From the NCBI GenBank assembly GCA_943704415.1, contig CALSCO010001090.1, positions 1-33,408 on the forward strand: a DNA stretch of 33,408 nt, given 5' to 3'. Position numbers and translations under genes: made by a program. The notes beneath the pieces are model-generated. The model had not been told where the DNA came from. It saw only the letters and a program-made list of their open reading frames with translations, and did not search any database. This DNA is from Parvularia atlantis (Eukaryota). Positions 21,296 through 32,423 of this stretch are shown piece after piece (within the stretch, counting starts at the first letter, position 1; every line of letters starts with the position of its first letter).

Positions 21296-24200
21296 TCACT
21301 TTTTGCTCGCACCTCCTTTCTGGCGCTTCGCGACCTTCTCCTGCCCGCGCTTGTCCTTGCGCAGGCGTGAGTCGACCTACAACGAGTGCGTGAGCGGCCG
21401 TGCCACGGTGCGCGTGCCTGCGCGTACGCACCATCTTGTACCGCCCCTGCACGCCCGACGGCCGCGTGCGCTTGCCCTTGTTGGCGCCGCGCGCGACGAC
21501 GTACTTGATCTCCTCCTTCTTCTGCTCACGACGCGCCGCAATCAGCCGCGCAGCACACGCGCGCCAGGCGCAGGGCCACGCACCGTCTTGAGCTTCTTGA
21601 ACAGCTGCTGGATCTGCATCGCCTTCTGTTTCTCGCTGATGTCGTTGTCGTCCACGATCAGGTCGGCCTTCTTCTTGAGGCGTTGCATCTGCCGCTGCAT
21701 CTTCTTCTTGTTGCGCGCGCGCGCCTCAACCACCTTCTTGATCGGCATCGCGTCGAGGGCCCGTGCGCGCTGCTTGATCGCGTCCGCCTCGGACTGCGCA
21801 AGGGCCGTCAGCCGAAAGCGTGTCAAGTGCGCGCGCGCACCCGCGTGATCGGGTTGTTCTGGTTGGGCGCAAAGTTCTTGCGCTCGTCGTCCGCGAGCCT
21901 ACGGCACACGCCCGGTCAGTCATGCCGCTTCTGTACGCGAGCAACGCGCGCACCAGGCGGGCACGTCCGTGTCCTCGGTCACGTAGCGGTTGTACGCCTC
22001 ATCAAGCAGCGCCTCCTTGCCCTTGTTGACAAGGATCGAGGCGAGTGCGAGCTGCGCGGGCGTCAGCTGCCGCGTCTCTGCGCGCAGCGGCGGTCTGTCA
22101 GCGCGCTGCACACTCTGCACACCAAGCCAGTCGTACCACGGCGCTTGCTACCGCTGTCCTCGTCGTCGTCCTCGGGCACCTCAGTGAAGCCCTCGTCGTC
22201 GACCTCGTCGTCGTCGTCGTCGTTGTCGTCGTCGTCGTCGTCGTCATCGTCGTCGCTCGAGTCATCGCTCGAGTCGTCGCTGCTGTCCAGCACCTCGCCG
22301 TCGACGCGGTCCAGGCCGTCGTCTGCCTCGTTCTCCTCCTCTGCGGCAGCAGCGGCCTTTGCGCCCTTCGAACTGCATCGCCATTCAGACACCGCGCGCG
22401 GCCGCAACAGACGCCGCGCGCACCGCTTCTTGGCTGCCGAGGCCATCATCTGTCGGATCTCGTCGTCCTCGTCGTCGTCCGCGTCAAACGCCTCGGCACC
22501 TGTGGCAGCTGACGTCAGCCGCGATCTCGCGAGCACACAGCGGCGCACCGCTCTTGGCCTCGCGCGCCTGGTCGCTGGTGTCTGCCGCGGGTGCCTGCAG
22601 GAACGCGGCAAACAGCGGCTGCGAGAACCACTGGTCCGCGCGGGCCTTCTGCGCGGCCGATGTCGCGGGCGCGTCGCCGTCGGCCAGCAGCGGGTTGCCG
22701 TTGGCGTCGTCGCCGTCGCCGTCGTCGCCGTCGACCACCGTCTCGTCGTCGTCGGCCTCGTCGGCCTCGGCCTCGTCGTCGTCGTCCTGCTTCTTTCCGT
22801 TCTTGGCGCTTAGTCTCCTGCGCTTGCGCCCGCCCTTGGGGTCCTTGCGCGTGAGGTACTCGTCGTACCTGCGCACGCGTCAGCAGCGCGACAGCACTTG
22901 CAGGGGCGCGCACATCCGGTCGAGCTCCTTCTCCATGGCCGCAAGCCGCCGCTTCCGCTCAGCACCCTCGTCCAGCAGATCCTCCTCGGCGTCCTCGCCG
23001 GCGGCAGCGGCCGGGGCCGACTCCTCGTCCTCGCTGTCGCTCAGCACGAGCTCGCCGTCGTCGGCCACGCGCTTGAGCCCGCGTCCCGAGCGGATCGAGC
23101 GCAGGGTGAACAGCGCATCGTCCTGCGCCTCGGGCCCCGCGTCGTTCGGCAGAACCATCTTGAGCCGGAGGCGCTCGCGCAGCTTGGCCCGGCGCTCACC
23201 GTCCTTGCGCCGCTCGCGCCGCTCGCTGCGCTTCGCCTCGAGCTGAATGGTCTCGAGCTGCGCGCGCGCGGCGAGGCTCAGTATGCGTGTCGGCAGACGC
23301 GCACATCGCACCGCACCTCCTGGTCGATCGCCTGCTCTTCGCGCTCGGCGACGGCTGCCGGGTCCTCCTCCTCCTCCTCCTGCTCGGCGCCGTCGGCGTC
23401 GGACCCGTCCTCGCCCTGCGCGCACGCAGCTCAGCCGTCTCGCGCTCGCACGCCCTCACGGCGCACCTCCGCCTTCTCGCGCTCGAGCATCTTGGCGATG
23501 GCCGCGCGCCACTTGAGCAGCTGCTTGAAGTCGCCCTTGCCCAGCACTTTGAGATCCTCACAGAACGAGCGGATGTCGGTGGTGGTGATTGGCAGTGTGC
23601 CCATGCTGCGGCAGTCCGCGTCAGCACGACGGCAAACAGCGCACACACGCGCACGGCGCACCGCTCCGACAGCTCGTCGCCCGCAAACACGAGCTGGCTC
23701 ACCGTCGACAGCACGACGATCGGGTCCTTGGCCTCGACAAAGGCCGAGGCGGGGCTGCGCTTGAACAACGTATAGTTGCCGTCTTCGTAACCCTCGCGGG
23801 CGCGGCGGCGCTTCTGCAGCGCACGTGAGCTCGCGCGGTGGCTGCGTCGCCACGCGCCTCTGGGTGCTGGATGTCGATCAGGCGCGGCGCCTCGACAATG
23901 TCGCCAAAGACGTGCTTCGGGTCGAGCATCTTCGGGTCGATCGTCTTGGGCGCGAGAAAGCCAAAACACGAGACGTAGATCTCGGCCGAGACGTTGCTGC
24001 GCACGTGGCGATGAGCCGCGGCTGCCGCTGCCGACGGCCGGCCGCTGCGCACCGCGACGACGACGGCTTGGTCACCTCGACGCGCGTGAACAGCTGGTTG
24101 AACACCCACAGCAGCGCGTTGTAGTCCTTGGACCGGAACACCTTGGTGATAAACGTGCCTGCGCGCGCGGCGCGTGAGCGGAGACCGGCCGCGCGGCCCT

Positions 24201-24877
24201 CGCTCGGTGCCGTCGCGCGCGCGCGCACCGCCCTGCATCAGCATCTCGGTTGCGAGCTTGAGCGCGCGCAGCGTGAGCTCGACCTGCGTGTACGCGTCCT
24301 GCAGCCACGCCTTGCCCATGTTGGGCGAGCCGTCGTGCAGCACGCTGCGGGCGTCGTGTGAGAGCCGTGGCATGCGCGCAGACGCAGACGCAGACGCACA
24401 CGTCGGCCTTCCACGTCTTGAGCTCCTTTTTGAGGTCCTGGCGGCACTTGTCGGTGGTGATGTCGCCCACGATCGTCGTCACGTTCGGGATGGGCTTGAT
24501 CGGGACCAGGTCGACGCCGACGATGATGACGCTGCTCACGGGCATGTACTTGGCGGCGACCTGCAGCCTGCGCACACGCGGCCGCGCACGTCAGCCACGC
24601 GCGCACACGGCGGAGGGCAGCGGCAGCGCGCGCACCAGCCACCCGGCGCGGCGCAGAGGTCGAGCAGCACGCGCGACTTGTAGAGGAAGTTGTACTTCTT
24701 GTTGAGCTGGATGAGCTTGAACGCGGAGCGCGCGCGGAAGCCCTGCGCGCGGCCCGTGAGCACACGGCACGCCCACGAGCGCACGCGCGCACGCGCGTGG
24801 CGCAGCCGCACCTGCTCCTTCGCGAGCTTGTAGAACTTGTCGAGGCGCCCCTTCGCCTGGCGCTTGTCGCGACCCAT
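21296..24877 (-). CDS. SPB1: rRNA 2'-O-methyltransferase Spb1/FTSJ3; about 17 introns
   Basis: [103 protein letters not shown], acidic middle region, C-terminal [11 protein letters not shown] and [13 protein letters not shown]. Confidence 0.96.
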
Positions 24878-25158
24878 CACGCAGCCACGTGGCCGTCGTC
24901 CACACTGGCAATCTGCTGGCGCGCTTTTAGGGGGAGACTGCTGTTGGTGGACGCGGCGCACCAACCGCCGTGGGGCGCGCGCTGTCGTTGGCTGGTTTCA
25001 GCGGCGGCGTGGGCAGTGCGGGTGAGGGAGGGGAGGACGACGCCCGTGACGTGAGACGTGGCGCGCTGCTGTGCGGGCTGTGGCTGGCTTTTCCGCGCGT
25101 GTTTGCCGTCTGACGGGCGGGCTGAGCACAGGGAGCCTGACACAGCGCGACGCGAGGG

Positions 25159-26216
25159 ATGGACAAGCCCGGCCGCAACGACTTTGCCGAGGACGACGAC
25201 GACGACGAGCTGGACGAGAGCGGCGACGAGGGCGGCGGTGCGCTGCGTGACTGCGACCGTGGCGCGTGTGACCACTCCGCGCGAATCCAGCCGAGCACCA
25301 GGACGAGGCCGGCGCGGGCGCGAGCCATGCGGGCGCGGCCTTCCACCCGTCGTACCACCTCGTGCGCGCGCGCCGTGCTGGCCAACAAAGCGCCCGGCTC
25401 ACGGCAGCGCCCGCGCGCACAGCCCGGCATGCAGGTCGACCACAACGGCGCGCTCGTCGCGGCCGGCGGCGAGGGGCTCACGCACGAGCAGCGCGCGGCG
25501 ATGGCGCAGCAGCAGTCCGCGTACCTGCCGCAAATGATGGTGTGGCGTGCGTGTTGACAGACGGCGGGGCTGACGGCGAGGCGCGCAGATGATGTCCAAC
25601 CTGTACCGCATGCCCGTCCCGGCCGAGGTGGTCGAGGAGGAGCCGCTGTTTGTCAACGCGAAGCAGTACCACCGCATCCTCAAGCGGCGAGCGGCGCGCG
25701 CCAAGCTCGAGGCCGAGAACAAGCTCAACAAGATGCGCAAGGTGCGGGCGCGCGATCCGCTTGAAGATGAGCGCGGCTCACAGCTCACAGCCGTACATGC
25801 ACGAGTCGCGCCACGCGCACGCGATGCGGCGGCCGCGCGGCGCCGGCGGCCGCTTCCTGACGGCGGAGGAGATCGCGGCGCTGGCCAAGGAGGGCGGCGG
25901 TGCGTGCACAATGCAACCCGATCTGTGCGCTTACCCCGCGCACGCTGCAGGCCCGGCGCAGCAGCAGACTCAGGGCCTGGCGGGCTCGGTCGTGTCGCCG
26001 GCGGCCTCGCGGGGCGGCAAGGGCGCCAAGCAGGCGCTGCCGCCGCAGCACGCCTTCCAGACGATGACCACACAGCAGCTGCTCGCCAGCGGCGCCGCCG
26101 GCTCGACCGTCAAGTTCCAGAACAACGCGACGCTGCTGGCGCACATGGCAGGCTTCAGTGCGCCGGCGGCGTCCCCGGGCAGCGCCGCCGCGGCCCTCGC
26201 CGCCAAGACGTCGTGA
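25159..26216 (+). CDS. NFYA: Nuclear transcription factor Y subunit alpha (Hap2/CBF-B); 5 introns
   Basis: [25 protein letters not shown]...[25 protein letters not shown]. Confidence 0.95.
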
Positions 26217-26268
26217 CTGTTCTTGTCCCTACGCCCCATTTGCAGTTTGAAAACACCGTGACGTACCT

Positions 26269-26312
26269 ATGACAGCCTTGCGCTTGTCGTCGTCAGCCGT
26301 TGCGGTGCGACG

Positions 26313-26343
<31 letters not shown>

Positions 26344-27139
26344 GCTCACGCGTGCGCGCGGCGTGATGTGCGGGCGCACAGGGCCTGCTGCGCCGCACCG
26401 CGACGATGCAGCGGCTCGTGCGGCCGCTGGCCGCCGCCGCGACGACACGCGCTCTCACGTGCGGTGCCCGGCTGCGCGGCGCTGGCCGCGACCGCGATGA
26501 CGGCATGCCCGCGCGCCTGCCCTTCTCGACTGCCCAGCAGCAGCTGCGTTCGCTGCTGCAGCCGCAACGGCACGCGTCCACGCAGGCCGGCGCCGGTGGC
26601 GACGCGGCCGGCGACAAGCCCGGCGAGCAGCAGGTGGACGAGCGTCAGCTGACAATGTCGGAGGTGCGTGTGCTGCTCGGTCGCTCGCTCGGGCTGAGAG
26701 GGGTGCACGCGGTGTGCAGCGCTTCAAGCTCGTCTGGAGCAAGTACGGCTGGGTCGCCGTGGGCACGTACGCGGCCGTCTACGTCACGACGCTGTCGTCG
26801 ATCGCGGGTGCGGCGGACGCCTGCCATAGCCCGTCGCTCACTGCTGACGCCTGGTGGGTGGGGGGCGGCAGCGCTCATCTCGATGGGCGTGGACATCAAG
26901 GCCGTCGCCGAGGCCGTGGGCATCGGGAACCTGATCAACCTGGAGGACCTGAACCCGAGCGCTGGTCTGCCGCCTGACACGCCCGTCGTGGCCGCTGACG
27001 CCGCAACGCAGGCACGTTTGTGCTCGCGTTTATCGCGACCAAGTTCACGAGCCCGATCCGCATCCCCATTGTGATCGTGCTCACGCCACGCATCGCCCGC
27101 TTCTTCGAGGGCGTGCGCACGCCGACGCACAAGCCGTGA
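26269..27139 (+). CDS. FAM210/DUF1279 mitochondrial inner-membrane protein; 4 introns
   Basis: Exon 1 (26269-26304) splices over intron 26305-26381 in frame to give a presequence ([24 protein letters not shown]). Core: [20 protein letters not shown]...GVDI...[31 protein letters not shown]. Confidence 0.82.
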
Positions 27140-27182
27140 GACTTCTTCAGTGGTACAAGCACAAATGCGCGGTCGCGCGCGC

Positions 27183-28637
27183 TCACGACACGGCCGCAAA
27201 CACGGGCAGCGCGTGCGCGTCCCAGTTGGCCTCCCACGACGTCGCCTGAAAGCGCGCCGCGCCGGCCGCGAGGCGCTGCAGCGGCTTCTCGCCCTCGTCC
27301 GACGGCTGCGCGGGCGGCGCCCAGTGGCTGAACAGGCGCACGAGCTGGTCCGCGAGCTCGTCGGCCGACGCGAAGACGAGCCCATTGTCCTCGTGCCGCA
27401 CCAGCTCGTCGATGCAGGCGAAGCGGAACGCGCACACGGGCAGGCCACACCCAAACATGTCCACGACCTTCATCGGCAGGTCCAGCCCGGACGACGACGT
27501 GTGCAGCGACACGCCCAGGTCTGCCGCGCCGAGCAGCCGCGGGTAGTCCTCGGCGCACAGCCACGCCGTGCGGACGCGCACGTGCGGGCCCTCAAGCCGT
27601 GCAAACTGCCGCTCGTAGTGCTTGCGCAGTGGGCCGCGCCCCGTCACGACGACCACGAGCCGCGCCAGGCCGCGCTCCGGCTGCCGCTCCGCCTCGCGCG
27701 CGTACCGCTCCAGCGCCGCCACGAGCACGCCAAAGTCCTCGTCGGCCGTCCAGCTCGTGCCGCTGACGAGCAGCGCTGCGCGGTCTGTGCGCATGCGCAC
27801 CTCGCCCGCGGCCCCGCCCGCTCGCGTCAGCAGCGTCTCGTGCTCGGTCGGCTGGTCGAGACCGAGCTCGGGCTGCTGCACGCGCACGAGGAACGCGTGC
27901 GTCTCGTCCGGGCGCAGTCGGCGGAAGTGCGCGGGCGGGCGGTCATGCAGGACGACGGGCCGGCTGCTGAGGCGCCAGGGCTCGGCCGCGAGCACGTCGG
28001 CCATGGCACGCGTGACGGCAAGGTGGGCGAACGCGCGCCGCCCGAACGCCGTCTCGTACATGCGCGCGAGCCGCGCCAGCCAGTGCTTCTCGCCGCCCAC
28101 GCGCATTGCCAGCAGCGAGTAGCCAAAGTTGTGCCAGTCGATGACGAGCACCGCGCCGTGCAGCCACGCCACGCCCTGCGCCAGCGCCAGCGTCGGGATG
28201 CTCGGCGGGTTCTGCACGAGGAGGCAGTCGGGGCGGGGCGTGCGCACACCCAGCGTCCAGACGACGCAGGCGAGCTGCACGGCGACCTTGACCGGCGCGA
28301 GCAGCACGAAGAGCGCACGCGAGCGCGGCACGGCCCAGCGCAGCGGCTCGGGCACGTAGCGCAGGGCGATGCGCGGGTGCTGTGCGACGGCGTCGGGCGG
28401 GCGCGCCCCGCGGTAGCCGACGAGGCTGACGTGGAAGCCGTGGGCGGCGAGCGAGAGCGCGTGGTAGCACATGCGCGGCGAGCGGCCGACGTCGCCGAGC
28501 ACGAGCACGCACGCGTGCCGCGGCTGCCCCGCGCACCCCCGCCGCCGCCGCGTCCCGAGCAGCACGACGGCCGCCGCGCCCGCGAGCAGCAGCGCGACCG
28601 CCGCGACGAGAAGCGTGACAGCGAGCGTCGCGGGCAT
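27183..28637 (-). CDS. ALG1: Chitobiosyldiphosphodolichol beta-1,4-mannosyltransferase, intronless
   Basis: N-terminal TM anchor; VLVLGDVGRSPRMCYHA, QNPPSIP, DWHNFGYS, TSWTADEDF, ADLGVSLHTSSSGLDLPMKVVDMFGCGLPV. Continuous ORF from ATG 28637. Confidence 0.96.
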   Translation of the reverse strand: MPATLAVTLLVAAVALLLAGAAAVVLLGTRRRRGCAGQPRHACVLVLGDVGRSPRMCYHALSLAAHGFHVSLVGYRGARPPDAVAQHPRIALRYVPEPLRWAVPRSRALFVLLAPVKVAVQLACVVWTLGVRTPRPDCLLVQNPPSIPTLALAQGVAWLHGAVLVIDWHNFGYSLLAMRVGGEKHWLARLARMYETAFGRRAFAHLAVTRAMADVLAAEPWRLSSRPVVLHDRPPAHFRRLRPDETHAFLVRVQQPELGLDQPTEHETLLTRAGGAAGEVRMRTDRAALLVSGTSWTADEDFGVLVAALERYAREAERQPERGLARLVVVVTGRGPLRKHYERQFARLEGPHVRVRTAWLCAEDYPRLLGAADLGVSLHTSSSGLDLPMKVVDMFGCGLPVCAFRFACIDELVRHEDNGLVFASADELADQLVRLFSHWAPPAQPSDEGEKPLQRLAAGAARFQATSWEANWDAHALPVFAAVS

Positions 28638-28689
28638 GCTGGCAACTCCCGATTTGGACCGGGCCACGCGTTCCGGAGAACCGCGCGGC

Positions 28690-28744
28690 GCGTCCCGTCG
28701 CGTCCCGTCGCGTCCCTCGCGTCCCGTCGCGTCCCTCGCGTCCC
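28690..28744. repeat. Tandem 9-10 bp repeat GCGTCCC(G)TC, about 5.7 copies, in the ALG1/RSPRY1 divergent spacer
   Basis: gcgtcccgtc gcgtcccgtc gcgtccctc gcgtcccgtc gcgtccctc gcgtccc. Confidence 0.9.
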
Positions 28745-28751
28745 GGAGACC

Positions 28752-31024
28752 ATGGCCGGGTGCCTGCTGTGCCAGCCCGGGCGGCGGCGGCGGCGCGCGC
28801 TGTACGACCGGGTGCGCGGTCTGCGCTGCGTGCGACACCCCGCGCACACGGCTCATACACGGCCGCGACCCACACGACCCAGCTGATCCACGAGTCGCTC
28901 GTGAGCATCTCGTCCGTGGCCGACCGCGACACGCAGATGGAGAGCATTGAGGCGCTCATGACGCTGTCCGAGGAGGGTGCGCCGCCGCGGCTGCCGTGCG
29001 CGCGCTGCCGCCTCACACGCAAGCGGGTGGCGCAGAGACAGTCTACGCCGAGCTCTCGCTTACGATGGTCGACGTCCTGCGCGACAACCAGCCGCTCGCC
29101 GCCGTGCTCATCTGCTTCCTGCTCGAGATGTTTGCGCTGCCCTCCATCGACACCACCCTCAGCCTCAACCGCCAGCTGCTGCGCCGCGCGCGCGGCCGCT
29201 CGCGCCCGTCCGTCCGCCGCAACGTCGCCGTCATCTGGAGCACCCTCGCTACGAAGCTCGCCGGTGTGTGCCGATGCGCGCGTGCGCCTCGGTCCTGAGC
29301 CGTGCGCACGCAGGGCGAAACAGCGTGCGTCTCATGAGCGAGGAGGTTGTCGCCGCGCTCGAGCGCTTCGTGTGCGACGATCGGAACCCGGACGTGCAGC
29401 TGCACGCGCTCGTCGCAGTCGAGAAGTTCTCGATCACGAGTGCGCAGTGTACCGTGGGCTGCCGGCGCTCGATGGGCTCATGCGCGCGTGCGGCCGCGTA
29501 GACGACAACAAGCAGCGCATCCTGCGCTCGTCGCTCATCGGCACGCTGCAGGAGCTCGAGCGGCGGCCACTCGGCCGCGAGGACGACCCGGCGCACGCGC
29601 ACCGTGTCCAGGCACGCGCGTGTGCTTGCGTTGCACGCCCGCACATGCCAACGCGCATGCCGCGCTGCACACAGGTTGCCTTCCTCGCGCGCTGGTTCCT
29701 CGAGAACACCTGTGCGTGGCCCTGCGCGGTGCACGCACGCTGAGCTGACCACGCACGCGCGCATAGTCCCCACGTCGGTGCTGCGCGAGAGCGGCGCTCA
29801 CAGCCGCGCACCATGCTGACGTTCGCGCGCGCGCGCGCGCGTGCACAGAACCGCGACTTTAGCGTCAGCGAGGCAACGCTCGCCAACGTCAACGTCATGC
29901 TCAACCACAACGACAAGACGGCCTTCCTCAAGCTGTCGCGCAATGGGCTAGAGGTGCGCGCGCCCGACCGCTTGGCAGGCGTGCGCTCACGGGCCGCGCG
30001 ACAGGCGCGCAACGACTCGACGACGTTTGAGAGCGTGCGGGCGACGGCCGCGGTGACGACGGGCGCGTGGTTCTACGAGGTCACGGTAAACACATCGGGC
30101 GTGCTGCAGATCGGGTGGGCGTCGCGGCACTGCCAGTTTGACTCGGAGGTGCGGCCGCTGGCGCCTCGATGTGTTCAAGCTGAGCATGCGCGCCGCAGAG
30201 CGGCAACGGCGTCGGCGACGATGTCAACTCGATCTCGTACGACGGATGCCGGCGGCGGATGTGGCACCGCGGCAACAGCGACGACTACGGCTCGCGGCAG
30301 TGGCGCGCAGGCGACGTCGTCGGCGTGATGATCGACATCGAGGACGACGTGCTCGCGTTCACGATCAACGGCAGCCCGCTCGGCGACTCGCTCAAGAAGA
30401 TGCACGCGCCACCGCGCCTGCTGGACATGGTCGCGGACGGCGAGGGCCTCTGTCCCGCGGCGTCGTTCATGGCGTATCAGCACTGCACGTTTAACTTTGG
30501 CGCGTCGCCGTTCAAGTACGGCCGCACAGGACGCTGATGCGGCTTCGTCGCTCACCGTCGCCGTCGCCGCAGACACCCGCCTTCGCCGCGCTTCAAACCG
30601 CTCAACGCCAGCTTCAAGCTCACGTCCGAGCAGCAGGGCTACTTGCCGCGCCTGGCCCGGCGGGTGCGCATCCCGCCGCCACCGCCGACGCGCACACTCA
30701 CTCACGCACCCGCGCGCGCGCCTTGTGTCGCCAGAGCCTGCCGTACAGCGACGACGGGTTACCGCGCTGCGAGATCTGCTGCGACCGCCCGCCCGATACG
30801 GTGCTGATGCCTTGCAAGCACGGGGTGCGTCGCTGCTGTCGCTAGCAAGCGCGCTCACGCCGCGTTCCTGGTGGTCGCAGGGCATCTGCTTCCAGTGCGC
30901 GCTGCAGTGCGAGTCGTGCCCGATCTGCCGCACACGCATCACCGGGCGCGAGCCCGCCGCGCCGGCCGCCATCGCCACCGGCAGCAACGCCAGTGACGCG
31001 GCAGCGAATGGGCCAAGCCCCTAG
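28752..31024 (+). CDS. RSPRY1: RING finger and SPRY domain-containing protein 1 (ARM-like + SPRY + C3HC4 RING); 12 introns
   Basis: RNVAVIWSTLATKLAG, ALVAVEKFSIT, QVAFLARWFLENTF, MLNHNDKTAFLKLSRNGLEARNDSTTFESVRAT, WFYEVTVNTSGVLQIGWA, GVGDDVNSISYDGCR, PAASFMAYQHCTFNFGASPFK, RING CEICCD...PCKHGGICFQCA...CPICR. Confidence 0.9.
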
Positions 31025-31082
31025 CCCTTGCGTATTTCGGACGCACACGTCTAAATTTGGCCGCGCACACACGACGGGCGCG

Positions 31083-32397
31083 TCACTCCTTGGGCGCGAC
31101 ACGCACGCCCAGCAGGACCGTGTGCTGGCCGCCGGCGTCGGCCTGCACGATGCGCGTGCCCTTGGCCTCGACCTTGCGCGGCGTGCTCTCATTCTGGTCC
31201 TCGCCGTGGCCGAGCTGGTACATCTCGCCGTAGCCCCACGTGTACAGCGCGCCGTCCTCGGTCACCGCGAGCGAGAAGAAGTCACCCGCGCCGATCGAGG
31301 CCACGCGCTGCGTCGCGAGCTCGCCCGCGACCGCGGCCAAGTCCAGCGCCATGTCGCTCTCAGACCCGCGGCCGAGCTGGCTATTGTCGTTGCGGCCGAC
31401 GCCGAGCACCTTGCCGTCGGCCGTGAGCACGAGCGTGTGGTGCGTGCCGCCGGTGATCTGCCGGATGGCCCGGCCGCTCAGCGCCTTGACGTGCTGCCAC
31501 GACATCTTGAGCTCGCTCTCGCCCAGTGCGAGCTTGCCCGGTGCGCGCCATTAGGGCCACGCCGCGCGCACAGACGCCCGCGCGCGAGCGCACCTGGCCG
31601 TACTGGTTGAGCCCGCTCGCGTACACTTCGCCCGTGGTCGTGACGGCAAACGTGGCGTACCGCGTGCAGAAAACGTGCGCGGCCTTGGCGCGGCGCGGCA
31701 GGTGCAGCATGACGGGTACGCGCGTATCAATCTGGCGCACGAAGCGCCTTCCCAGCTGGCCGACCTCGGCCGAGCCCCAGCCGTAGAGGTCGCCGGCGCG
31801 GGTCAGCGCGACGCAGTGGTTGGCGCCGGCGTCGATGTCGACCACGTCCTTGCCGCGGAAGAAGTCGATCTCGGCCATCGGCTCCTGCACCTCGACGCCC
31901 GGCGCGAAGCCAATGAACCCGGTCGAGTCGCGGAAGCTGCCGCAACCAAAGACGCGACTGTCGGCGGCAAGGGCGAGCGAGACCGTGTCGGTCGCGGCCA
32001 CTTTGACGATGCGCGCATCGAGCGGCAGCGGCGTCTGCTCGGCCGTCCAGCCGTCGCCGGGCCGCCCGAGCGCCTTGCGGTCGTTGTTGCCCCAGGAGTA
32101 GACGTGGCCGCCGGCGGCCAGCGCGAGCGTGTGCATCCCGCCCGCCGCCACCAGCACGACCTGCTTGTCCTCCAGCTCGGGCACGAGCGCCGGCCGTTTG
32201 CGGAAGAGCTTGTCCTCGCCGAGCCCGAGCTGCGCCGCAACGCCGTCGCCGACCACAAACACGACGCCCGGCGTCGTCGGCGTCGCGAACGGCACGCCGC
32301 CCGCCGCCACGCCGTTCGCCGTCGCCTTGGCGGCCGGCCGCGGCGCGCGCGGCTCGCGAGGCGCCTTACCCGCACTCGACTTTCGAGCTGGCGCCAT
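31083..32397 (-). CDS. RCC1: Regulator of chromosome condensation (RCC1-repeat beta-propeller); 1 intron (31533-31593)
   Basis: Basic N-terminal tail followed by RCC1 repeats: GDGVAAQLGLG, VAAGGMHTLAL...VYSWGNND, GCGSFRDSTG, AGANHCVAL...WGSAEVGQLGR, GLNQYGQLALG, GGTHHT, WGYGEMYQLG, AGGQHT. Confidence 0.85.
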
Positions 32398-32423
32398 TGC
32401 AATCGCCGCGTCCCAGTGAAACG

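Noticed and set aside
22195..22275. (GAC)n repeat in SPB1 and the (CTTGTC)5 repeat near 9751-9780
   Set aside because: Ordinary coding low-complexity tracts (poly-Asp; Asp-Lys repeat).
28690..28744. CRISPR-like array
   Set aside because: Units are 9-10 bp with no spacers, the context is eukaryotic, and there are no cas genes.
27150..28886. Long antisense or alternative-frame ORFs (e.g. 578 aa opposite ALG1, 446 aa at 12369-13709)
   Set aside because: Shadow ORFs caused by very high GC and stop-codon scarcity; Arg/Ala-rich with no recognisable motifs, and opposite well-supported genes.
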